DNA of 62,965 nucleotides, filler included, from Reticulomyxa filosa (taxonomy: Eukaryota > Protista > Foraminifera), in NCBI GenBank assembly GCA_000512085.1. It is 14 parts of 14 records of this genome, joined end to end, with 100 filler letters (N's around TTAATTAATTAA, not from the genome) between each part and the next. Parts side by side here need not be neighbours in the genome. Positions count along the whole stretch, not along the records: positions 17,805 to 27,313 come from ASPP01011605.1; positions 27,414 to 37,459 come from ASPP01024135.1; positions 37,560 to 41,160 come from ASPP01005696.1; 11 more parts are not named here. One strand, given 5' to 3'. Positions 25,077 to 38,168 of this stretch are shown here, one piece after another. The notes under the pieces are model-generated. The model was not told where the DNA came from. It ran no database searches and saw only the letters and a list, made by a program, of their open reading frames with translations. Positions within the stretch are counted from its first letter, which is position 1. Every line of letters begins with the position of its first letter. A program made the position numbers and the translations under genes.

Positions 25077-26649
25077 TCACCCCCAGAAGTGTTTGACGAA
25101 AGAAAGAGACGTGGGTTCAGTTTTTTTGGTTGTCCTTTTTTGGATGATATCCTGCAGTGCAAACACGTCTCGATGCAAATGACTTTTATCATTGTTCTTG
25201 GCCATTTGTTCTTTCAAGCTCCAAATTTGCTGCGAAGTGACTTTGGACTCTTTGACCAAGAGCCCATACACGATACAGTCTTTTGGATTTTGAATCTTCC
25301 ATTCTATTACTTGATTCGAATACAAGGGGTCAAGAGTACCAAGTTGACCCCAACCAATCATCTCTGGGCCTTCCTAATGAATGCATTATACGTATGTAAA
25401 TACTATTTATTTCTTAGACAGTATTTGCTAGATCACTTCATTTGTGTGTGTATGTGTGTATGTTTATGTTTGTAGACTTGGAAAGAATGATTGACATAAC
25501 TTGGATGGAAGAAGGATTGACTCGAATCATTAAAATCAAATTGCAAAAGGAATCAGCAGTATGATCAAGGGGACTGGAAGACAAGAAATTGGGATGAGTG
25601 CAATAATTGATGCACGGACTGAGTCGGATATATGGAGTGGCTCTGTTTTGCGAGGTCGACTGATCTTGCACATGTTGGACTTGTGGCAAAGGTGGAGTGC
25701 CTTCGTTATTCCAAGCAAGTACAGTTTCGGAAGAGACCAAGTGATCTCGCAAAATGGAGGGCAAAAACTTTATATCCGTGGCATAATATCCAACACACCA
25801 ATCTTCGATATCACTCTCTTTTTTTTGATCGTCTGGGACTGCAGCGATACTGTTCCACCCTCTGACATTCAAGCTATATCGCTTCCATCCCTGTGGCAAA
25901 TAATAACTTTTACCTCCCCTCTCAAAGGACAGTTGATCTTCCTCACTTAAATAGTTGTAATCGCGATGAAACTTTTCACAAAAAATGGACCGATCTACCC
26001 AAAGTCCTAAAAAAGACACTTGTTCGCGGACCCAAATGTCATAATAACCAAAAATGTTCACCTGCAGCCATTCATTATCAATTAGGTCGTCCACAATTTG
26101 CACACACTCCGAATCTGCAAACCAGCGATTAACCTCTTTCCAATACCGATAACTCTTAAACTCATATTTTTTGCGACTGTTTTTTTCGACTTTGCAATAT
26201 ACTACCAAAGGCACTTTAAACTTAATCGATTCATATTTTGCATCGTTGTCTGGATTGGTCATTTTCAGCCAATGTTTTTTCGCCACACTTGGATCGTCGC
26301 TGCATTCGATTCGCGGATACGTCACTCTTACTCGCACGTCATTCTCATAACTGTTATCCCTATCATCCGCATCTATCACTTGAATACGGAATGGTAGCGA
26401 TTGTAATTCTAATGGAATCTCTGCGACCATTTTTTTACCGATATCGATTCGCTGCTTTTTGCTTGTCGAATTTCTTATTTGCCATATCATTATATCTTCC
26501 AATACCCTTACTTGTTTCTCGTTCTTCTCCGTTTGCTCCGTCGTCACATTCTCGTTTTTTACATCTTCGTTTTTATCTTTTTCGTCTTTTTTTTTATTAT
26601 TATTAAGAAAAACACAAATTTGGAGTCTTTACAGCATGCATATACACTC

Positions 26650-26685
<36 letters not shown>

Positions 26686-27259
26686 GAGTGACTCCAAAAC
26701 TGTGATGACGAAAATACTCGGATAGTTGCTGGAATGTTTGCAAAGGAAACAATTGGGTAAACGTAGGAGCAATGGCTTTGGCGGGCAGGTGAAGGGCATA
26801 TTTGATGGATGTCAAGGAGACGTTCGATTTTGTAATGAGTGTGAAGGCATGTGTCAAATCAACGACTGGTTGGACTTGAACGTAAATGTGAAACGGATAT
26901 TCAATGGCTTCGGGGTGTTTTTGTTGGGCCAACACTTCGAATATGCATCGAACGAACGAATTAAGGTAGCGTGGGATGTCGAAAATGCCAATTTTGTAAA
27001 GCAGCTGCTGTTTTTTCAAATCCACTTGCAACCGCATGCTTTGATTGACTATTTCGTCGACAACGTCAAACGGGTATTCAAAATCAATTGCAATCGTGCA
27101 CTTATCTCCTTTCCACGAATAAAACACAATTTCAATCAACTCATTGTCCAACATGTAGCAGGTTCGCAACTGTTTCTCATCCAAGTTCACATTTTCCAAA
27201 TGTGGCTTGGCTCCATTTTTTATTTCTTTTTCAAAGATCTCTCGATCGTATGTGTTCAT
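25077..27259 (-). CDS. Protein with a C-terminal NEURL4-like ADP-ribosyltransferase-fold domain, multi-exon, 5' end probably truncated
   Basis: Ordered motifs 'YYLPQGWKRYSLNV', 'WCVGYYAT', 'IRLSPCINY', 'IRVNPSS' and, in the next exon, 'LDPLYSNQVIEW...VYGLLVK' follow the NEURL4-type ART domain pattern. Confidence 0.7.
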
Positions 27260-27276
27260 TACTGTTTCATTTCTTT

Positions 27277-27313
<37 letters not shown>

Positions 27314-27413
27314 NNNNNNNNNNNNNNNNNNNNNNNNNNNNNNNNNNNNNNNNNNNNTTAATTAATTAANNNNNNNNNNNNNNNNNNNNNNNNNNNNNNN
27401 NNNNNNNNNNNNN

Positions 27414-28018
27414 TGTAAGAGATACGACGAAGCCAAGTATCTCTTTGAATTGTGGGCGCAGCAAGGATGGAACCAAACTACTAAGGAATGAATGTTTTTT
27501 TTGTTATTGCTGTTGTTGTTTAAAAAAAAAAAAAAAAAAGGTAAATACAAAAAGATAATGACAAGAGAAAAGATTTAAAAAACTCAACCATTTTTTTATG
27601 TGTGTCCGACTTGGCTGTCTTCACAAAACAGATGTTTCGTGAAATGATTACTTTAGCGTCTTTTCACAAAGATGCTGATGCATGTGCAAAATATCTACAA
27701 AAAATGAAAGCACGTGGATTATATATCAGAGGCAAAGACAGAGCACAATTGGCAATCGTAATGGGCTCTCCAGCTGAACAACTTGAAGCACGCAGAAGGC
27801 TGCGGATTGAAAAAACTAAAACAAAAAAAGATAACATCATAAGACAAAAGGCCAAAATGGTTCACAAAGGCGAATTACGAATGAAAGATTGGCCAGAGAT
27901 GCAGCGCAAAGTAGCCGAAAAGGAGGCTGGAATAAGACTTAAAGAGGCCAATCGAACCACTGGAAAAATCTTTTGGAACGTTAACCGAACCTTGGGGCAG
28001 TTAGATGACCCATGGTAA
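27414..28018 (+). CDS. 3' end of a PPR-like repeat protein with a basic C-terminus
   Basis: 'RYDEAKYLFELWAQQGWNQTTK' joined to 'MFREMITLASFHKDADACAKYLQKMKARGL' fits two consecutive PPR motifs in register. Inferred intron 27486-27631. Confidence 0.5.
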
Positions 28019-29024
28019 ATATTGCTTGTTACTTGGATAGCGCACGTCACTTACATCCTGTTTCTTATCACTTCTTTGTTTAGCAAAAATGGTGCTTTCT
28101 TTTGCAAGGAGAATTATCAAAATATTTGTGACTTAACCAGATTTTTTCACATAAAAAAAATTGTTCTAAGTATTCCTCCATGTTCTAGCACATTGATCGA
28201 ATTTTTGTAAAGCTGGTGCTTTTTAAGAAATAATTGATAAACAATATGTATTGTTCTGGTCCCAATGCAATGTACTAAAAAATCCTTAAGAAGTTAGAGG
28301 ATTGTATCTGCCAAGCACAAAGTGAATAAGAATGAATGAAGCAGAAGAAGTAAACAATAGCTTTGAGAAAAAGTATTCTCTAACGTTTGTCAACGTTCGT
28401 TAGGACGTAAAAAAAGGTTTTTTGAACAAAAAATTACTTTTTTTACTGTTTAATTTCTTTTCTTACGTTTTGAAATGCTTTTCGTCAGGCGCCTCACAAA
28501 ATTGAAGGTTTTATACTTTGTATGTTTGTTTAGTGTCATCCTTAGTCTATTACCAAAACAAGACTGGTAGTCGACACTAAATTGACACAAGAGTAAAAAA
28601 TGGGGAATTATTTGGTGTATATCGGACGCAACAAAATTAAATGTTGAATCCATTTAACCAAATCAAACATTTTCTATATCCATTTTTTGATCTCTTTTAA
28701 ATTAATTTTTGTTTTTTTACAGCCTAATAAATGGAAAATCAGCTTCGGTGTTTCGCAAAATTAATTTATAAATTAAAAAGTTAATTTTTTGTCGTGTTAC
28801 GTTTGTCTGTTTTAGTGTTTTTATCTTGTTTGTGAATAGATTGCTCAAAATTGTTCAATTTTGTTGGAAAAGGGAGGTTTTTTAATAACTTTTTTGAAAA
28901 AGTTTAAATTTACGAATTCAGTGTGATTTTGTGGAAAATTTCAATTGGTTTGAGTTAGAAAATTTTGAAAAGTTAAATAAGATTTATAAATAAGGATGGC
29001 AATGCACAAAACAAAATAGCCCTT

Positions 29025-31242
29025 TCAAACAGTAAATAAATCCTTCTCTAGTGTAAGACGTTGCATTTTTTGAGAAATGAAATCGCGCATTGCCTCTTGC
29101 CGTTGAGGCCATTTTTGTTTTCCCAGCATAATCTCGTTGTAATACTTACCGTAATAAAGGAAAAGTTCTTCCTCTTTTTTGACGTCCTTGGAAGTCCAAG
29201 CAAACAAAGTTGGCCAGCCATTCAAAGTACACGACAAAAATTCAACATTTTCATGCATCAAGTCCTGTTCAGTGGCGTGTACTGACTCGATATGTAAACG
29301 ACAGTCATTCAAAAACATGAGCAATGGTTCTTGGCTGGTGCCACGTAATGAACAAGGATCAATTACAATGGCAACAGACGTGGTATCAGATCGATTATTC
29401 TGTGATCGTGATTGCCGTTTGTCTGTCAATTTTAAATAGTTATTAAATGTCTCTTCTTTCACATTTATAGTATGTGCATAAGTGTTGTGTTGCCATTCTT
29501 CACTAGTACCACCATAAAGCCATTCAAATTCGCTACATAAAAATTCAACACCATAATGTTGTCCAATAATTGTGTGTTTTGGAATATCCATTTTTGCCTT
29601 TATACCAATTTGCCCATTCAATGCTTCAATTCTTTCGTGTTTTTTAATCTATAAAAAGAGAGTGTTGAATAGCCAATTTCTTTTTGTTCCTTAAATATAT
29701 ATGTTGTTCTAGTAAACTTGATATTTGCACAAGACTTTATTTTGATGAAGTGGAAAATTATTAGGGGCTATTAAGGGATTTGCTAAGTATAATCTGCCAC
29801 TATTCAATTGTAAGAATCTCGTGATTTTTTTTTCTATATTAGAAACCTGTTCGATAGTTTGATCAGCACTTGTCTCAACTTCAATCGACCAGTCCGCGAC
29901 ATTACGAAAGCGATAAACTAAACCTCGCTTCAATTGCCATGCCCCTTCACTGATCAATATTCCCCTCTCGTCATTTCTATTGTCGTTGTTGTTGCCGTGA
30001 TGCTGGCTTTCATCCTCATTAGCAGTGCATTTCCTGGTGTGTGATTGCATTACAAGGCTGTCAGGGTTGACTCTCAATCGAACCAGGCGTTCGTGTGCCT
30101 CACACGGACGATTTACACATGAGTCATACAAAGCCTCAATTACTTTGATTCGTTCTTCGCATCCCTCACATGCCGTTGTCTTTTCTTCGTCGTCATATTC
30201 TCTTACAGTTTTAAACTCGGTCTGCGTTAATTTTCGTCGTTTCCACCCATTGCTATTGCCACTGCCATTGTTATTGCTGTTCATATACTTATCTATTGAG
30301 TAAGACCGTTTCCGCACTCCAGTTTTCGATTGCATCTGTTCTCCCTCTTTTGCCAATGCAAGGGGTGTGATATTCTCTTTTTGTTCTTGTCTTTGCTTTG
30401 ATGGCTTCTCAGATACTTCTCCGTTGACGCTTACAACCGGGCTTTGCTTACTGTGATTTTTGTTATTGCCGTTACTATTTGTGGCGTTATATTCACATAA
30501 CCATATCAGTACTTGTTCGATTATCTTCAATCCGTTGTTGTTGCACTTCCATTGGCTTGTCCAAGCCTTATGTTGATCTTCGATCTGCTGTTTGTTCATC
30601 TCCGTCATTTCCATGTGCGTGTGAACTATTTCATTCCACTCTTTATGCATTTGGTAAGATATCTCGCTTTTCTTGCTCGGATGTTCATTGCTTCTGTTTT
30701 TTTTTTTTTTTTTTGAATGGATAAAGAGTTATACAAGAAAGGAACAGTTTATGTCGCAAACACGCATTTTCTATTACAAAAAAAAAAAAACAGAAGCAAA
30801 GTTAGACACAAGAAATAAAATGACAGCAGCTTAACAACTCAATCCAATAAAAGACTAAGGCAAAGACAATGCGATAAATAAGATATGGCGTGATCATCAA
30901 GTAAATGCTTTGTCGAAAGTAGGAAAAAATATTGTTGATGTGGAACAATTGCTGATAGATAAAATCACCCAAACTACTTTTGTGTGAATTAATTACATTT
31001 GCATTACTTGTTTGCACCAAATTTTTTATAAAATCATACGATAAGACCTCTTCTACCATCACGTCCGTTCTTCGCATCACTCTATGCGGGCACGCAAGAA
31101 ACGACGAACACCGACACAATTGACGAAATAATCGCTGCAGTGATTGAAGATGTACGCTTTTATTTTGCCCAGTGCATCGTGGTGATGTTGTTGCATTCAA
31201 AAATACTGAGGGATTTATCTGACTATCTTTATTTCCGGACAT
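29025..31242 (-). CDS. SET-domain lysine methyltransferase-like protein, multi-exon
   Basis: The last exon has 'GIKAKMDIPKHTIIGQHYG', 'FLNDCR' and 'EELFLYYGKYY'. The upstream exon 29709-30650 contains an NLS-like 'KRRKL'. The link to ORF 30802-31242 is inferred. Confidence 0.75.
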
Positions 31243-31702
31243 GCTTTCTCAGAGATTTTTATATATTGAACACTGAGCTTTAGAGCGTGATAGAGCTGCT
31301 TGCCCAATAGTAAAAAAACAAAAAGTGTAACGAGCCTCTGCACAACCTTTTATGTTCTTCGATTTCCAAGAAAATGTTATTTGTATGTTCAACCCCTCAG
31401 ATTACAGGCTCTTTTTTTTGCCTCCTTTGGCGTAGAGATCATACCCAAAAATTAAAAAAAAAATTGTTGGTGTAGAACAAATCCCCACAACGGGGAAAAA
31501 AAAACACCTTTCACATTTTCATTTTTTTGTTCAAATAGAACACTCCATCACAAATTCGAAAAATTTTTTCCTTGAAAACAAGAAGACCCAAAAAATTTTA
31601 AACCAATGCCTTTTTGGTGGTTCATTTACAAATGAGGAAACATTGAGAAAGAAAGGGATGACAAGCATTTACACAGTCTCTCTCACCTCAAAAACAAAAG
31701 GT

Positions 31703-34700
31703 TTACCTCCCAAACAAAGACATGAAGCCGCCTACCATTGTTGGCGGTGCAACAACTGACTCTGCTTCGCCACTTTCTTTGAGTTGTTTGATTCTGTTCA
31801 TCCAATTCAAACAAATTGGAGTGTTGTTCCCATTGGCCAGTGTTTTCCCCCTTTTATATCCTCCATGTGGAAACAAATGAAATAAAATAAAATAAAATAC
31901 AAAACTGTTTTTGCAATTGCTTGATATAATCTCTCAAATTGTTTATTTCCACTACAGTTTGCTGGACGCACTCAACTTTGCTCTTGCGTAGAGATACAGT
32001 TTCTTCTTCCAATTTCTTTATTGTTGATTCATATTGCTTTTTCCTATAATCAACAAAATAGATATGACGAGCAATGCCAATCATATAAAGAAAAAAACAA
32101 TAAACAAAGCGTTACTCAACATCGTATCCCATTCTTGTTGTGATGACTTTAATGATTGTTTGGCATGGACGATATCCGTTTGTACTGATTGTAAGTTTTC
32201 GACCAGTTTTTTGGATTCCTTTAATTCCTCTTTTAATTTTCTCTTTTTGTGTTTGTGTTTTTGGACGGTTTTTTGTGATTTATCCATTTTTTTGTGCCAT
32301 TCTTCACACTCCTTGGCCTTGTCTTTAAGCTTTTGTGCCAGATCTTGGCAGGCTTGTTCATAACTGTGAAGTTTTTGTTGGAATTTATCTTTGTTATCAG
32401 TAAATCCTTTTTGGAAGTTGCTTAATTTATTGCCCAAGTCATCGTTGGCCTCCTTAAGTGCTCGGTTTTCCACTTCGAGCAGTTTAATTCTTTCCAAATA
32501 CTCGGTGTTTAGGGCAATATTTTGAATTGAAGGAAGATTAAGATTTTTGTTAATTTCGTTTACATTATTATTATTCGCAATGGCAGCAGCACTGGCATTT
32601 GCATTGACATTTACAACTGCAGCCGAGTTTGCATTGGAACTAGGGTTTACACCATTGACTTGAGCACCGACGGCATTGACATTGGCATTTGTATTGACAT
32701 TTGTATTTGCAATGGCATTGGCATTAGCATTGACATTGGTATTGACATTGGTATTGACATTAGCATTAGCATTTGCATTAACATTTGCATTTGCATTTGC
32801 ATTGGCAGCAGCGTCGTGACGATTGGGGGAATCGGATTGACTGCCAATTTTATGTAGTATGCCAAATGTCTGTTCACGGGCTTGTGCAAGTGACAATTTG
32901 GCTTGTTCGTAAACCTCTTGACTATTGAATGCCATGCTTGCCAGTTGTTCTTGCGAGTACTGATCACTGCCTTGAACTTTCAATTGAGCAATTTGATCGC
33001 GATAAAATTTTTCCAATTCCTGTAGCTTTTGATTGGCAACTGCTTCAAATTGGTCCACTTCCTCGACAAACTCTTGTTCTTGTTCTGCGAGCATCTCTTT
33101 CAACTGGTTAATTTCCTCTCGGAGGTCGATCTCTTCACGGTTGTATGGCTTTTCGGTCTCGAGCTCTTTCACGCGATTCGTCAATTGTTCAATTTCCTTT
33201 TTTTGCGCCGCCACCACTTGGTGATACCTGCGCTCTTGACGATAGAACTTGTCTTGCCAGTTTTCAAATTCGTTGCGGACTGTCGCCAGTTCATTCTTGT
33301 ATTCTTCTGCGTCTGGTTCTGACGGAGAAGAAGAAGAAGAAGAAGTGACAATTGTTTTATTTATTTATTTATATTTATTTTGCTTTGTTAATTTTTTTGA
33401 AGGAAAAAAAAAAAAAAAAAAAAAAAACGTAAACGATTTTCAGCATGATTCAATTGTTCCATCTTTTGTTTAAACTCCGATTCCAATTGACTGTAACGGA
33501 CCATAATTCTTTGCCACCATTGCTGACAATTATTGGTCGTATGAGTCAGTCCTTCTTGCAATGTTTTGATTTCTGTTTGCCGCGATTGACGCAATGCAGC
33601 GATATGCCTTTGCAGGTCTTCAACTAACTGTGCCTTGTCATCGTACATCGATTGGAGTTCTTCCATGGTCATCTTCGATTGTCGATGTTTCAGCAGCCCG
33701 ACTTTCTCTTCAACGTTCAACAAAGGCTCTGCATTTCGACCTCTATCCTCGTCGTCGCTCTGTCCGACACTCTCTTGTCCTTGTCTGGATTCTTCTTCTA
33801 ATCTTCCCCCTGGCGCCTCCAAGAGTGTCCCGTCATGAGGCTTTTCAACGGCATCGTTCCAGGTCGTCGTGGGCTGTGATTGCTGCGCCTCTGCCGTGGG
33901 ACTATTGGCCGGGGTTTCCTCGAGTGCTTGTCGACGAATGATCGGGTTAGGCACTTGCAGGTTTCTCACTCCGGCAATGTCTTGCTCTGTGGCCGGCTGA
34001 TTGCTGCGATAGGGTAGATCGGATTTTACTTCTCTTATGTCTTGCTTAATTTTGTTTACCTCGTCTCTAAAACCTCGCAAATCAAGACCGGTCAGACTTG
34101 AACGCCGATGTTCGCTGGCACGTTTTCGTCTTTGTACCTGTGTCACAAAAGTGCAATTGTATTTGGCTTAGCGTGTGTTGTTACAGACACAAATTATCAA
34201 TCCTTCAAACCTCTCTTTGCAATGGATCTGTTGATTCCACAGCCGACTTTCGTTTTTCTTGATCTTCCAAAATTGTGCGAACGGCATTCACACTGGCACG
34301 GCGTTTCGCAACTTCATCGTTTTCGTTAGTGTGCTCGGATGTCAAATGATTTGATTCTCTCTTGCCATCTTGTTTTGCTTCGGGCACTTTCATTGTCGAT
34401 AATTTAGGTTCTGTCGACGTCATTTCTTTCAAGTCATCTCCTGGCACTTCCGTGCCATTGCCTCCCTGTTTGTCAAGTCCCGTCCAAATGACATTGATTT
34501 TATTTTATTACGAATAAAAAACAAACAAAACAAAATACCATGTGTGAATTGAATCTTTCTTTCAAATCAATAAGTTCTTGTTCTAGTGTTTCTACATATA
34601 ATCGGTCAGGATGAACAAATGTCTTCACTCCGTCCATTTCATCTTCAATGTTTTGCAAAATTTTTACAATCCACTGTAGAGAATGGAGAGACAAACAAAA

Positions 34701-37315
34701 TCAAACTTATTTCTCCTTTGTTTGCAAAAATAAAAATAAAAGTATTAACGTCGCAGTTTTCGTGAATGTGGGCACTTATTTCTTTCATTTGTTGACGACT
34801 TTCACCATTCAACTGTTCTTTGACAACTTGTGGGATATCTTTGTCAACATAAGCATTGATATTATCGCATAAGCTTCGCGTTTTGTGAATAGCGTCTTCC
34901 ATAAACACCATCACTCTGCTATAGGTTTGTGTTTTGACGCCAAGGGCCTCTACAGCTTCCAAGCGTACAGCCGCGCTAGTCGTAGCGCTGGTCATAACTT
35001 GCTGTGCTCGCAGCTCCAACTCTTCAATCTGTGTCTGGCAGTGTTCTAATTGATTGTCTTTGTGATGCAAGTTATCTTTCATGTTTTCAACTTCCGCGTA
35101 TTTGAGTTTGTATAGCCCTTTTATCTGTCGATAGCGCTTTTCCAATTTCGCGACATAGCGTGCATCAGGGCCAATCATATCACGAGCTTGTAAAATAGCC
35201 TCTTTCATTTCATTGATAACATCAATTACGTTGCTCACTTCATTGTCAATGTTGTTGCTCAAGTCTTTCATATCGCTGTACAAAGTACTTCCAGTTCCGT
35301 CGAGAATTCCCGAGTCACTCAATAGGTTGTGAATAAACGCGCTACGTTCTCTGATTTGTGTAAGTTTTTCGTCCAATTTGGGCAAGAATTCGGTTGCCTC
35401 TTTTGTGTCGTTGTCAACTTGGTTGACATCCGCACCACCGACATCGTCATTTGTGCCATTCTTTGCCTCGGCAGTGACAAACTTCAATAGCTCTGCGTCT
35501 ACCGATCCAAATCCCCACGAATGCTCTCTTCGCTTAGTCGTCTTTTCTTCACTGGTCTTTCCTGTTGACTGTTTCGTTTGCAGTGTTGGATCAACTTTTC
35601 CAGGTTTTGCTTTCAGCTCTTCTTGTGCTGCTTCCAGTTCTCCTTTTGCTAGTTCAAGTTCTCGTGTCAGTCGCTAATTTTATTTTATTTTTTGTAATAG
35701 TTGGACCCTCCCTTCCTCTAGACATTGTTGTAAAAGTATTGAATACAATGAACAACCTTTTTTGTACGATGTACAAACACAAATGACAACGATGAGAATT
35801 ATATATATATATATACATATATATATATAATACCTCGTTTTCAATGGAAAGTTGCACATTTTGCATGACAGCCAGTACCAAACTCTCTTGGGTTGGATGA
35901 ACATATTCGCGTGCCGATTGGAATTCATCCGTCATTTCATCCATGGTCTCTTCAATGGCTTTCATGGCTTTCTTCAATTCGTTCAACACATTATTTTGCA
36001 GCTGTTTCTGCCCGTCATCGCTAATGACAATGGCATCGAGCACGTCCACCAAACTCGATGTGATATAATTGGTCTTTTCACGCATTTGATCGGTGAAAGT
36101 CAACACTCCATCCAACGTGGAATGGAAAGATTGCACGCGTTGCAAGTCGAGCTGCTCTTCTCTTTTTTTTTCTTTTTCGAGTTTTTCTTGCAACGCTGAT
36201 GGCGTGTTGGTGTTGTTTTCTTGTTTTTGGGTTAATCGTTCTTCTTTTTCGCGTCGGTCAAATTTGGACAGCTCTTTTTTGATAAACTTTGGCAATGTGC
36301 CCAGCACTGCCAATTTTTTAGTGGTAATGTATGGCATAGTGTTTTGGAGTTCCTTGTATCGCAACTGTAATATTTCCACACGCTTTTGATCGGGATGAAC
36401 GTATGCCTCGGCTCCTTTCAATTCGTCGATTACTTCATCAACGATCTCGGCCACTTTCTATTTACATTGAGCGCAAATACAATACACATGTTGATAGGTA
36501 TGTGTGATTGGACTCTACACACGAAAGCAAAAAATATATATGTATATATATATATATATATATATAGATTTATAGAAAATAACAGTGTACTCAACTTTGG
36601 CCATTTCCAACATTTGCTTGATAGATTCAAGCCGGAATTGATACAAGGCATTGCCAGCTTTCACGTTGTTGGATTTGTGTCCTCCGCCTTTGTTCTTATC
36701 TCTTCGCACATTCGACTCGTCGTTGTCGGACAGATCCAAGTCCAAATCTTGCTCGTCATTATTGAACTCGTCATTGTCATGCATTTCTGTCATCATTTCT
36801 TCGACCAAGTCGGTCAATGTATTGCATTGCATTTGTCCCGCTTTCAACTTCAATCGCAGAGAATCCATTATCAATTTGTATGTTTTTTCATTCTCTGTGT
36901 ATGTCACTAATGCATCAAACTGTCCCATTTGTTGGATAAACAAGTCGGCATTATCTTCCATTTCTTTTTTCAATATGTTGAAAGTGCTAAAGAATCGGTC
37001 GTGCTTCGATTTTTTCTTTGCCAACACTCGCTCTCTTTCCGCCTCGGTATTGCCGTCTCCTGCCTCTTTGTCGTCGTCGCTTTCATTCGCTTCGTTCTCA
37101 TTGCGACCGTACATTTCCGCTTGCTGCAAGCGCAGTTTCAAATCATTGATATCGCTTCGCATTTGCTCGATTAGATCTTTGCCAAGGAGTAGTTGTTTTC
37201 GTAACGAATAAGGATCTTCTGGAACTGCTGTTCGCAAAAATTCATCCAGTTCGTCATATTCCTCGTCCCTTTGTTCGCGCGATCTTTCTTTCAGTGGATC
37301 TTCAAATTCGAGTTT
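31703..37315 (-). CDS. Large multi-exon coiled-coil protein, 5' end truncated
   Basis: E/K/Q/L-rich heptad ORFs 36515-37237, 35654-36454, 34645-35487, 33388-34146, 32081-33217 and 31854-32084 are separated by AT-rich introns. The last exon 'NRIKQLKESG...MSLFGR*' ends at 31703. Confidence 0.7.
32560..32810 (-). repeat. Coding hexamer repeat (AATGCA/AATGTC/AATACC variants) encoding (N-A/V/T)n
   Basis: 'ANANANANVNANANANVNTNVNTNVNANANAIANTNVNTNANVN' lies within the coiled-coil gene. Confidence 0.85.
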
Positions 37316-37559
37316 CTTTTTTTCGTCGCATTACCACCATCCCCCCCCCCCAAAAACAAAAGTCAACATGTCACATGTTTTTGTCGTTTTCATATTCATT
37401 CAGTTTAAAAACTCCCCTCTTTTCAGTTCATTTATTTCCAAAAAAAAAAAAAAAAAAAANNNNNNNNNNNNNNNNNNNNNNNNNNNNNNNNNNNNNNNNN
37501 NNNTTAATTAATTAANNNNNNNNNNNNNNNNNNNNNNNNNNNNNNNNNNNNNNNNNNNN

Positions 37560-37848
37560 TATCGAGAAATTTGACGCAAGTAATTAGCCCATGTTTTTGC
37601 TTGTCAACCCCAAATGGAACTGGCAAATGTATCGTATCGCCCAAGGGGCTTAGAGTTTTTGTCGAGAACAAATGGATACGCCCATCTCTTGTACCCAGAG
37701 CAACAATTTCATTGCAACTATCCAAACAGTTGAAGCCAGGTAAATCACCCTCACGTTGCAACTCGCACGTATCAATATGAAAAAGAGGCTGATCATTGAC
37801 ATTCATTGATACTATTTCCTCAAAATAATTGAACTTTTTTTTCCACAA
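37560..37848 (-). CDS. WD40-like protein fragment
   Basis: 'FNCLDSCNEIVALGTRDGRIHLF' and 'ITCVKFLD' resemble beta-propeller blades. The frame runs off the contig end. Confidence 0.45.
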
Positions 37849-38168
37849 AAGACACCTCTACCTTTCGTTTATACTATCCGTCGTCTTTGAGTATATTTGT
37901 CCTATTAATCAAGCTCGCCATGTTTTTCACACTTTTATTAAGAAGTACGCATTTCTTCTGTCACAATACTATAAAACTTTTACTCACAAATATGACATTC
38001 GTACTTCCAGGTAAGAGAGTTGTGCGATTTATCAGGCCCTGTTTTCTTGTTGATCCGTGGTGAATTTTTTTTTGAGAAGCATTCATCCAATCACAAGTAT
38101 TGCCATTCCGATAAGTAAAAGGCCCTTGAAGACTCTAATACAAAGACAAATTGCAATCGAATCGTGTC

